Part shown: in pieces, positions 20,928 through 28,823 of the stretch | Position numbering within the stretch: position 1 is the first letter of the stretch | How the letters are laid out: every line of letters starts with the position of its first letter | DNA from: an uncultured Thiomicrospira sp. | Lineage (GTDB): Bacteria; Pseudomonadota; Gammaproteobacteria; CAKMZV01 | Length of the DNA stretch: 64,000 bases | Direction of reading: 5' to 3' | Assembly: GCA_965195345.1 (NCBI GenBank) | Contig: OZ239628.1 | Location: forward strand, 384,001 to 448,000 | Program-made: the position numbers and the translations under genes | The notes under the pieces: generated by a model | Databases searched by the model: none | What the model was told of the DNA's origin: nothing | Seen by the model: the letters and a program-made list of their open reading frames with translations, nothing else

Positions 20928-23111
20928 ATGAAAAGTTTTTTTGTAAAAATCATAGCAAATGTAGTCACTATTTTTGTGATTGCCGTTACGGGGGTACATG
21001 CACAAGAGATTGAACGAGCAGGGCAAGTAGATGCCATAAAGCAGAGTGTTTTTGAGCGGGATTTGGAAAATAATATTAGCAGTGCGCTCAGGTTACAGCT
21101 CGGTAGCATTCCTTTTTTGGTTCAAGTGAGTGCTGAATTGCGCTCGATAAAAACATACGCGATTGATACTGTCTCCATATATCAGCCGAGTTCTGTTGAA
21201 GCGCCTTCTCTTGAAAGTAAAAAAACAATTGTGAGACAACAGCTGCAAGAAGTTGATGCTGGTAGAACGAATCAAAACATTGATCCTGCTGACGATGGAG
21301 GCCAAGGTATTTCAAATGCTTTGCCAGGAGCCCCAATTCTTTTGACGAATAGTGACGATGGATCTGAGCAAAATCAGCCGAGAAGAAGTCAACCTATAAC
21401 TGAGGTCATTCAATCAACTGAGCCTATCAGTGAAGCGTCAGAAAGTCAACCGAGAAGTGTTGGTCGATTTGTGAATACCACCCGTGAAACGTTCATTGAA
21501 AGTCATGTGTTAATTGACAGAATTGACGTCAAGCTATGGCTTCCATCTGATTTGGAACCTAGTAGAATTCGTTTTCTCAAACACTTGGTTTCTGAAAAAG
21601 CAAGAATTAATTTAATAAGGGGCGATCAGTTTACAACTATTTTAACAAATTTTCCAGAAACTGAAAAAAAGGAAGATACCCTAACAACTAACCAGAATAG
21701 CTCAACTGAGTCTATAAATATTGATAATATTGGTCGGAGAATAGGATTAGATAGAGTAGTAAGTGAGCTGAGTCAAAACAATTGGTTACCTTGGGCGCTT
21801 GCTGGGTTACTCTTTTTATGGTTATTGTTTTTGCTTTTCCGCAAAAAAAGAACCGCGCATCACCAACCGCCGATCGCAACGTACCATCACAGCGATGTTC
21901 CATTTAACCCTCCATCATTAACGAACATCAACCCTCCTGAATCCGCATCTCTTGAAGATAAACAACAAGATCACGAACATAAACAGCGATTGAAAATTCT
22001 TAATGAAGACATAGTGAGTAATATCATGCTGCATGAAGGGTTGTTGCTGAATGCGCTAAATAACCCTAACCTTGCAATAGAAAAAGTACGATTTACGGCT
22101 TGGTTGATTAAATTGCTTGGCACAGCCGTGGTTGCAAAGTATGCATATGATCAGCTTAATGAAAGCGAATTAAAAAACGCGAATGCGTTGCAAGAAGTTA
22201 TTGAACAAAGCACATTGATAGAACAATGTGAATGGGCAGCAAAGGTGCATAGAAGCTTACGCGATAGTGAGTCGCTTTCTAATAAAAATATTTCCCAACC
22301 TTTTGATTTCTTAAATGAAATGAATGATCAGAAATTGAAACGCTTGCTAAATGAAGAGCATGTGCAGGCAAAAGCACTGATACTTTCTCAAATTGATCAA
22401 CGACGCTCGGCAGCAATCCTTGCTATGTTTTCTGCTGAGGAACAAGCAAGTATTGCCATAGCAATGGGGAAACTTACGACACTTCCAGTATCTTCATTTC
22501 ATGACATAGCTAATCAATTAGCTCGTAAGGCTCAAAGCATTCCAGAAGTAAATGAGCTTAACATTGATGGAACGGAAGCGCTAGTGCAGATGATAGAGTC
22601 CATGGATTTGGCGAATGGAACAGCGTTCCTGAATGAATTGAGAAAACAAAATCCTGATCAATATTATCGCATTAAGAAATTGTATATGGGCTTTGAGGAT
22701 ATTCCAAAAATTCCGAAGGCTATATTGAAAAACTTTTTGCGTGAAATTGAACGAGAAGAGTTGGTTACGGCACTGTACGATGAGGAAGATGCTTTTAGAG
22801 AACAGTTACTCAGTGCGCTTCCTGATCGAGCAAAGGCATTAGTTCAGCAGTTATTGAGTGAAATACAAACACCAACTGCAGCAAAGATTATGCAATCGAA
22901 AAAAATGATTAGCACCAAAGCAAGGCAGTTATTGCGAGCTAAAGTATTTGAATTACCAACAGATGAAGAGACCTTCACAGCGTCTTCAACATCTGAAGCA
23001 GGGCTACAAGAAGAGTCTATAGTTCCCTCTATAGAGGTTGAGTCAAGGCTTTCGGAAGAGTCAAACACAGGGTCAAGAAGCTCCTCAAACCTTAATAACT
23101 TAGAAAAATGA
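20928..23111 (+). CDS. FliF(RBM3/S-ring)-TM-FliG single-chain fusion; putative rotor of a non-flagellar motor
   Basis: Signal peptide (VHA|QE); FliF RBM3-like motifs (ERDLENNISSAL..LG...VQVSAEL, LPGA, IDRIDV, RGDQFTTILTNF); one TM plus RKKR; FliG-M/C motifs (PFDFL, EEHVQ, YMGFEDI, LREIE..LVTAL, DRA). Confidence 0.85.
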   Translation: MKSFFVKIIANVVTIFVIAVTGVHAQEIERAGQVDAIKQSVFERDLENNISSALRLQLGSIPFLVQVSAELRSIKTYAIDTVSIYQPSSVEAPSLESKKTIVRQQLQEVDAGRTNQNIDPADDGGQGISNALPGAPILLTNSDDGSEQNQPRRSQPITEVIQSTEPISEASESQPRSVGRFVNTTRETFIESHVLIDRIDVKLWLPSDLEPSRIRFLKHLVSEKARINLIRGDQFTTILTNFPETEKKEDTLTTNQNSSTESINIDNIGRRIGLDRVVSELSQNNWLPWALAGLLFLWLLFLLFRKKRTAHHQPPIATYHHSDVPFNPPSLTNINPPESASLEDKQQDHEHKQRLKILNEDIVSNIMLHEGLLLNALNNPNLAIEKVRFTAWLIKLLGTAVVAKYAYDQLNESELKNANALQEVIEQSTLIEQCEWAAKVHRSLRDSESLSNKNISQPFDFLNEMNDQKLKRLLNEEHVQAKALILSQIDQRRSAAILAMFSAEEQASIAIAMGKLTTLPVSSFHDIANQLARKAQSIPEVNELNIDGTEALVQMIESMDLANGTAFLNELRKQNPDQYYRIKKLYMGFEDIPKIPKAILKNFLREIEREELVTALYDEEDAFREQLLSALPDRAKALVQQLLSEIQTPTAAKIMQSKKMISTKARQLLRAKVFELPTDEETFTASSTSEAGLQEESIVPSIEVESRLSEESNTGSRSSSNLNNLEK

Positions 23112-23887
23112 AAACACTAATTAGTCGATTAATAGCAATGGCTTTGGTAGGGTACGCAGCTTACAGCATTATTGTTTTTCCAGAGCATACAGCTCTTTTT
23201 ACGCATGCAGAATCAGTGATTTTGGTATTGGGTGGTACATTCGCAGCAAGCCTGATGAGCTTTAATATTGAGACAATATTGAAGGCATTTTTAAGCTTTT
23301 TTAAAGGTCTTATTTATGCCTCAGACAATCAGTCAAAGATCAGAGAAATAAAAGAAATCATTACAATTGCAGAACGCGTTAATGAAACAAACGGATTCGG
23401 ATGTATTGATGATATGTTAGAACAAAAAAAAAAATATTCAGATTTTGTGCGATTAGGATTAGAGCTGATTTCTGCGGGTTACAGCGAAGTTGGACTTAGA
23501 GTACAGCTAACAAATTTTGCAGATGAACTAGATGAAGAAGAGCGTTTGATGGAAGACGTTTGGTTTCAATTTGCAAACTATGCTCCAGCTTTGGGAATGG
23601 TTGGAACAGTTATAGGGTTGATTCTTATGTTGGATAATCTTGATGTCAATAGTTTAAATATTGGAGCTGGACTTTCATTGGCACTGTTGACTACTTTGTA
23701 CGGTGTTTGTATAGCGAACTTTATTTTCAAACCAACTGCTCGGTTTTTAGCTGAAGAACGATTGAAAAAATCCAGAAATTTAGCACTTTATTTAGAAGCA
23801 ATGCTAATGGTACAAAAAAAAACAAGTCCAATTTTAATGAAAGATTACTTAAATAGTAGCTTGCCTATTAAATTGCAATTAAAGTAA
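23108..23887 (+). CDS. motA: MotA/PomA-family stator A subunit
   Basis: S.ILVLGGT in TM2, APALGMVGTVIGLI in TM3, ALLTTLYG..ANFIFKP in TM4; 259 aa; ATGA overlap with the FliF-FliG gene. Confidence 0.92.
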   Translation: MKTLISRLIAMALVGYAAYSIIVFPEHTALFTHAESVILVLGGTFAASLMSFNIETILKAFLSFFKGLIYASDNQSKIREIKEIITIAERVNETNGFGCIDDMLEQKKKYSDFVRLGLELISAGYSEVGLRVQLTNFADELDEEERLMEDVWFQFANYAPALGMVGTVIGLILMLDNLDVNSLNIGAGLSLALLTTLYGVCIANFIFKPTARFLAEERLKKSRNLALYLEAMLMVQKKTSPILMKDYLNSSLPIKLQLK

Positions 23888-23953
23888 TGTTAAGAATAAG
23901 CCTAAAATCAACTTCTGTGAAGATTGATTTTTCGTAACTAAGGATACGGCTTC

Positions 23954-24673
23954 ATGAATTCAGTTTTACGCAAAAAAAAGTCTATCAATAGAACAGATAA
24001 CCTTTGGTTAATAACCTATTCAGATGTTGTGACGTTACTGTTGGTTTTTTTTGTGCTAATCATCGCTTTTTCAGTCGTTGATCAATCTAAATTTGAAGTG
24101 ATTGCTGAAGCCATAAAAGCAAATAAGTTCGATGGGAAAAAGACGCTTCCTTTTCAAAAATTTGAACAAGAATTGCAAAAAATTATCGAAAAAAATGATT
24201 TAGAAGAAAAGGTTGTTGTAAATAAACAACCTCTAGGCGTTAGTATTGAACTTTCTGGTGAAAGTCTATTCCAATCTGGAGAAGCTATTTTGAATGCAAC
24301 GGGTAGCCTCGCAATAAAACAATTAGCGAAGGCTATAAAAAACATTGAATATCCTAACTATCAAGTAGAGATTGAAGGACATACCGATGATGTGCCAATA
24401 AATAATGAGAAATACTCTTCCAATTGGGAATTGTCTGTCTTTCGCGCCATTGATGTGCTTAAGCTGTTAACAGAGCAGGGAATACCCAATGATAAATTCA
24501 AAATAGCTGGTTACGGAGAAACAAAACCTAAATATTCAAATGAAACGGCTGATGGTTTACCTAATGTCGCTAACAGAGCTAAAAACAGACGAATAGAGAT
24601 TAATGTTTTTCGTAAGGAGCGGCGTTATAGGGAATCGTCAACAAAAGAGGAAAATCAAAACACAGAAAAGTAG
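23954..24673 (+). CDS. motB: MotB/PomB-family stator B subunit with OmpA-like peptidoglycan-binding domain
   Basis: WLITYSD(24)VVTLLLVFFVL TM with the catalytic Asp; IEGHTDDVPI, SNWELS..RA, GYGETKP and KNRRIEI motifs. Confidence 0.94.
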   Translation: MNSVLRKKKSINRTDNLWLITYSDVVTLLLVFFVLIIAFSVVDQSKFEVIAEAIKANKFDGKKTLPFQKFEQELQKIIEKNDLEEKVVVNKQPLGVSIELSGESLFQSGEAILNATGSLAIKQLAKAIKNIEYPNYQVEIEGHTDDVPINNEKYSSNWELSVFRAIDVLKLLTEQGIPNDKFKIAGYGETKPKYSNETADGLPNVANRAKNRRIEINVFRKERRYRESSTKEENQNTEK

Positions 24674-24733
24674 TTTTTATAATATTTTTTGATTTTTGGC
24701 ACGCATTGAGACTATTTTTAAGCAGGTTCTAAA

Positions 24734-26149
24734 ATGCAAAGAAAGGGTATGGGATTCATATTTAACCGAATAAATGCTCTTACTTTTTCTAGTATGAGAA
24801 AAAAAAATCCAATTCTACTGGTCTGCTCTTTTGTGGTGTTTCTCTCCTTCCCTATAAAAGCAACGAGCAATTTTCAACCTTCCCAATTGAGAACTTTGTT
24901 TAATCCTGCCGCTGAGAATCCATCAGCAGCAGTTATCTACAGTTACTTATTCAATGATAGTGATATCGGGTTGCAAGTATATGGAGAAGCGCAAGGACTA
25001 GTAGAAAACACCATAGATGAGAATCAACTTCTAATGGAGTTGAACGGTATTATAAATTCTAATATTGGCGTTAATTCTATTAATCAATTTGAAACACAAA
25101 TAAATAATTTCCTTAGAACTACTCAACCTATTCTTCGTGGTAATGCAAACGCAATCCTCGCTTTTCGAAAAGGATCAAATACAAAAAAAACTGCTGTCAC
25201 TCTTAGTTATGATGATAGTCTCTTGTACTATCAACAATTGCGATTTATCAATGGCGTTGATGTTGATGTGCCGGCAGTAACAGCCTTAATTGCGGGCAAC
25301 ACGACCATTGATTCTGCAGATTTTTTGAACGCTATTGATACTGATGTGGGCATTAATAATACATTGGCACGTATCAGAACGTTCAGCTTAGGATATAGCC
25401 ATCGCTACACGATTAATCCAATAATTAAATTCAGCTATGGTGTGCGTTTTAAAGCACAATCGGCATCTATTTCTTCAAACTTGGTGGACTTTCGAACAGT
25501 TATATCCACGACCAATGAGGTAGTTCAGTTAGAAAGTGCTGATATATTTGGAAATTTTGACACAGCAAACGAGCATATATATGGTAATGTTGATTTAGCT
25601 CTAACATTGCATGGAAGACAATATTTTATAAGCATATACTCACTGGATACCATACCGCAAAGGTTAGCATTACCAAGTTTTTCCGATACATGCGAGTCTG
25701 TAAATGATTGTGCTATATCAGCACTGTATCCAAATGGGAATGAGTTTTTTTATATCGACCCTAAAGTGCGTTTTGAATACAGCTATCTGTCACGACGCAA
25801 GCAATTTCGCTTTAGCTTTTTGTACGATATACTCCCTTGGAGAGATGGAAGTACTGCCGAGCGCCAACTGCTAACTATCCATACTGAAATTGCGACGACT
25901 AAGCGAAACACTAATAGACCCTATTGGGGACATCCCTCCCCTTCGATAAGGCTATCTGCTTTTATAGATGATGCTTCTTCTTTCGTGAATGATACTCTTA
26001 TTCAGACAGGGTTCAGTGCATGGTTTATAGATTTAAACTTCACATTTGGCTTTAGAAAACCAGGTATATTAGTCTCTAGACCATCTAGAATTGAGAACAG
26101 CAGGACACTTCTACGCGGCATTCAGTTGGGAGTTAACGTTGATTTTTAA
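24734..26149 (+). CDS. Predicted outer-membrane beta-barrel protein (TraF_2/FadL-like?)
   Basis: Signal peptide, NPA motif near the mature N-terminus, many alternating beta strands, C-terminal beta-signal QLGVNVDF. Confidence 0.6.
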   Translation: MQRKGMGFIFNRINALTFSSMRKKNPILLVCSFVVFLSFPIKATSNFQPSQLRTLFNPAAENPSAAVIYSYLFNDSDIGLQVYGEAQGLVENTIDENQLLMELNGIINSNIGVNSINQFETQINNFLRTTQPILRGNANAILAFRKGSNTKKTAVTLSYDDSLLYYQQLRFINGVDVDVPAVTALIAGNTTIDSADFLNAIDTDVGINNTLARIRTFSLGYSHRYTINPIIKFSYGVRFKAQSASISSNLVDFRTVISTTNEVVQLESADIFGNFDTANEHIYGNVDLALTLHGRQYFISIYSLDTIPQRLALPSFSDTCESVNDCAISALYPNGNEFFYIDPKVRFEYSYLSRRKQFRFSFLYDILPWRDGSTAERQLLTIHTEIATTKRNTNRPYWGHPSPSIRLSAFIDDASSFVNDTLIQTGFSAWFIDLNFTFGFRKPGILVSRPSRIENSRTLLRGIQLGVNVDF

Positions 26150-26163
26150 AAGCGATATTCTTA

Positions 26164-26751
26164 TTATTTTACAGAATCGATTAATTCCATTAAATTGCCT
26201 TTATGCATTCTAATTTCATCTTCAGATAAGCCGACTAATTCGTGAGGGAATACTAGCCAGTCGGTTGTTTTATGCACGTGAAAATCGGGTTCAATAACTG
26301 TTTGATTATTATTTGGTTTGTAATAAGCAGTGGCAATCTTTATTTTGGGAGTGTTTTTTCGGCAATGAAGTTTGATGTCATTTACCACCTGCTGGATACT
26401 CAAACCAGTATCAAAAACATCGTCAACGATGAGTAAAGAATCGGTATCATTAACGTTTTCAATAATATAGTGTAGGCCATGAACGCGGATATTACGTTCA
26501 CGCTCAGCAATACCAGTATAAGAAGAAGTACGTATGGCGATGTGATCGGTTTTAATGCCAAGATATTGTAGCAACTCCTGTACGGCAATACCGACGGGTG
26601 TTCCTCCACGCCATATTCCGACAATGTAGTTTGGGACGAAGTTGCTTTTGTGGATTTCAATGGCTAGTTGGTAAGAAACATCAAGCAATTCTTGGCTGCT
26701 TAAGTATACTTTAGGGACGGTTTCCTTGTTGTCTGGGTGGTTAGTTGACAT
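26164..26751 (-). CDS. Type I phosphoribosyltransferase (purine salvage-like)
   Basis: GIWRGG, PRPP loop LIVDDVFDTG and WLVFPHE; ATG 26751 with a GGAG RBS. Confidence 0.88.
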   Translation of the reverse strand: MSTNHPDNKETVPKVYLSSQELLDVSYQLAIEIHKSNFVPNYIVGIWRGGTPVGIAVQELLQYLGIKTDHIAIRTSSYTGIAERERNIRVHGLHYIIENVNDTDSLLIVDDVFDTGLSIQQVVNDIKLHCRKNTPKIKIATAYYKPNNNQTVIEPDFHVHKTTDWLVFPHELVGLSEDEIRMHKGNLMELIDSVK

Positions 26752-26752
26752 A

Positions 26753-27364
26753 TTACTCCATGTTTTTTTTGTGCTGATTGTAAACAATAAGGCTATGAAA
26801 AATAATTTGGGCAAGTAAAGAAGTTATGATTTGTTGAGTAAAAGCAGAGATGATGCAAAATATAAGTCCACCGATTGCCGCACTCAACCATTCTTTGCTT
26901 GGGCAGAAACGCCAAAGAGACCAAGCTAAAGTACTGACTATGATGACTTTCCAAGAGGGCAGTTCATAGAACCAATTAAAGATGCTTGCACGAAATAGTA
27001 ATTCCTCACCAAGAGGAATTAAGGCAACAAATACAAAAATTGCGATAGGGTTTTTACCGCCACAAAAAACAGGTAACTTGAAAAAGTGAAATGAAAGCAT
27101 GAACAAAACCGCACCCAAGAAAATACCCAGCAGTAATGCTAATGGCATGCTCGAAGTGAATAAGTAATCTTCAAAGTCAAATACAAAGTCTTCGCGTGTG
27201 AAAAACCATGCAAAGTAAAACCCAATCAAAATGACGAAGCGCAAGCGCATGATAGAAACGGATAGAAGATCGCTTTTTTTACTAATTTTAGCCAACAAAA
27301 ATATTGCTAATATAAGCATTCCAGGTGTAAAAAGCCAAATTAGATTAAGAATTGTTTCGGTCAT
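26753..27364 (-). CDS. CPBP (CAAX/Abi) family intramembrane protease-like protein, partly degenerate
   Basis: Multi-TM protein with PLGEELLFR motif 1; later His/Asn motifs are altered. Confidence 0.7.
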   Translation of the reverse strand: MTETILNLIWLFTPGMLILAIFLLAKISKKSDLLSVSIMRLRFVILIGFYFAWFFTREDFVFDFEDYLFTSSMPLALLLGIFLGAVLFMLSFHFFKLPVFCGGKNPIAIFVFVALIPLGEELLFRASIFNWFYELPSWKVIIVSTLAWSLWRFCPSKEWLSAAIGGLIFCIISAFTQQIITSLLAQIIFHSLIVYNQHKKNME

Positions 27365-27486
27365 GAAGAGTGCTCGTTTTTGTCAAAGTATATTTTAAGA
27401 AGCTTAGTTATGAGAACCATAAGCACGACACCTAACGCTATTATGGTGATTGCTATGATGAATAGTGAACCGTGGGTGATAAGCAT
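27361..27486 (-). CDS. Small 41-aa single-TM protein (not in the ORF track)
   Basis: Hand translation MLITHGSLFIIAITIIALGVVLMVLITKLLKIYFDKNEHSS*; fills the gap between trhP and the CPBP gene and its stop overlaps the next start (ATGA). Confidence 0.55.
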   Translation of the reverse strand: MLITHGSLFIIAITIIALGVVLMVLITKLLKIYFDKNEHSS

Positions 27487-27497
27487 AGGAGTTAAAC

Positions 27498-28784
27498 TTA
27501 CAAATAACGCGCTAACATGACAAATGGGCCGTTGATTTCGGGAAGTGGTAATTTTATAGTGACTCCGCCACCTTTTGCTTCCTCAATTTTTTGTCCCTTG
27601 TCCGTTTCAATGTGCTCTACATGAATATCAAAATTACCTTGCGGTTGGACTACTTCAAGGCGATCTCCAGTCTTTATTTTGTTTTTGGTGAGTACAGTTG
27701 CAATACCATTGTTGTAATCTGTAACTTCAGCACAAAATTGTTGCTGACGAGAGGTTGAATGTGAATCAACATAATTCTGATAGTCAGCGTTATGATGTCG
27801 CTGAAAAAAACCATCGGTATAACCTCTATTAGATAAGTTTTCTAAGTCGGAGATAAGGTTAGGGTCGAATGGCTTGTTTGAACAAGCATCATCGATAGCT
27901 TGACGGTAAGATTGGGCAGTACGGGCTACGTAGTAATGTGATTTAGTGCGTCCTTCAATTTTCAAACAATGCACACCAAGTTTGGCTAGTGCATGGACAT
28001 GTTCGATTGCGCGCAAATCTTTGGAGTTCATGATGTATGTGCCATGATCATCTTCTTCAATTGGAAGGAATTCACCAGGACGGTTGCTCTCTTCCAATAA
28101 CCACGTTTTCTGTGGAGGTGGACTAATTTCTTTGATGATGGTGCCTTTTTGTTCATCATTGACGCCTTCATGGACCTGATAGTTCCAGCGACAAGCATTA
28201 GTACAAGTGCCTTGATTTGGATCGCGATGGTTAAAATAACCTGATAAAAGGCACCGTCCTGAATAGGCAATACATAGGGCACCGTGGACAAAAACTTCCA
28301 GTTCAACTCCAGGACAGTGATCTTTAATAGATTCAATTTCGGTTAGTGAAAGTTCTCGAGAAAGAATGACACGTTCGATGTTTGCAACTTCATGCCAAAA
28401 GCGTACGCTTGCCCAGTTGACGGCATTGGCCTGTACTGAAAGGTGAATTGGAATGTCGGGCCAATTTTCTCTTGTAAGTGCTATCAATCCAGGGTCGGCC
28501 ATGATTAGAGCATCTGGATTACAGTCAATGATTTCCTCTATATCTTTAACAAACGTTTTAAGTTTAGAGTTGTGAGGTAAAAGATTAACGGTGCAGTAAA
28601 ATTTCTTGCCTTGAGCATGCACTTCTTCAATGCCCTTTGCAAGATTAGGAATAGTAAATTCATTATTGCGGGCACGCAGTGAATACCGAGGAGGCCCAGC
28701 GTATACTGCATCTGCTCCAAAGGCCAATGCAAAGCGCATGTTCTTTAAAGTTCCAGCGGGTGAGAGGAGTTCAGGTTTTTGCAT
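27498..28784 (-). CDS. trhP: tRNA 5-hydroxyuridine modification protein, U32 family (YegQ)
   Basis: PELLSPAG, GADAVYAG, HGALCIAYSGRCLLS, GTCTNACRW, MNSKDL and LKIEGRTKS motifs. Confidence 0.93.
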   Translation of the reverse strand: MQKPELLSPAGTLKNMRFALAFGADAVYAGPPRYSLRARNNEFTIPNLAKGIEEVHAQGKKFYCTVNLLPHNSKLKTFVKDIEEIIDCNPDALIMADPGLIALTRENWPDIPIHLSVQANAVNWASVRFWHEVANIERVILSRELSLTEIESIKDHCPGVELEVFVHGALCIAYSGRCLLSGYFNHRDPNQGTCTNACRWNYQVHEGVNDEQKGTIIKEISPPPQKTWLLEESNRPGEFLPIEEDDHGTYIMNSKDLRAIEHVHALAKLGVHCLKIEGRTKSHYYVARTAQSYRQAIDDACSNKPFDPNLISDLENLSNRGYTDGFFQRHHNADYQNYVDSHSTSRQQQFCAEVTDYNNGIATVLTKNKIKTGDRLEVVQPQGNFDIHVEHIETDKGQKIEEAKGGGVTIKLPLPEINGPFVMLARYL

Positions 28785-28823
28785 AGTAATGGTTAGAAGG
28801 GTAAGAGGGAAGCTATATGATTG

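Noticed and set aside
22299-22955. MgtE N-terminal domain instead of FliG
   Set aside because: The folds are related, but the EHxQ, FEDI and torque-helix motifs and the adjacent motAB favour FliG, and no CBS or MgtE membrane domain is present.
23108-24673. Zorya (ZorAB) anti-phage system
   Set aside because: The A subunit is a 259-aa flagellar-type MotA/PomA with no long ZorA tail, there are no ZorC/D/E-like genes, and the neighbouring gene is FliG-like.
23108-24673. ExbBD or TolQR pair
   Set aside because: The B subunit has the MotB W..TY.D motif and an OmpA-like domain rather than an ExbD/TolR domain, and there is no TonB or TolA gene.
19104-26149. Ordinary flagellar operon or injectisome
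   Set aside because: No export apparatus, ATPase, rod, hook, filament or secretin genes are present, and the FliF part lacks RBM1/2 and is fused to FliG. A flagellar system elsewhere in the genome cannot be excluded from this window.
24734-26149. Conjugative element suggested by a TraF-like gene
   Set aside because: No relaxase, VirB4/TraC, coupling protein, integrase or att repeats were seen.
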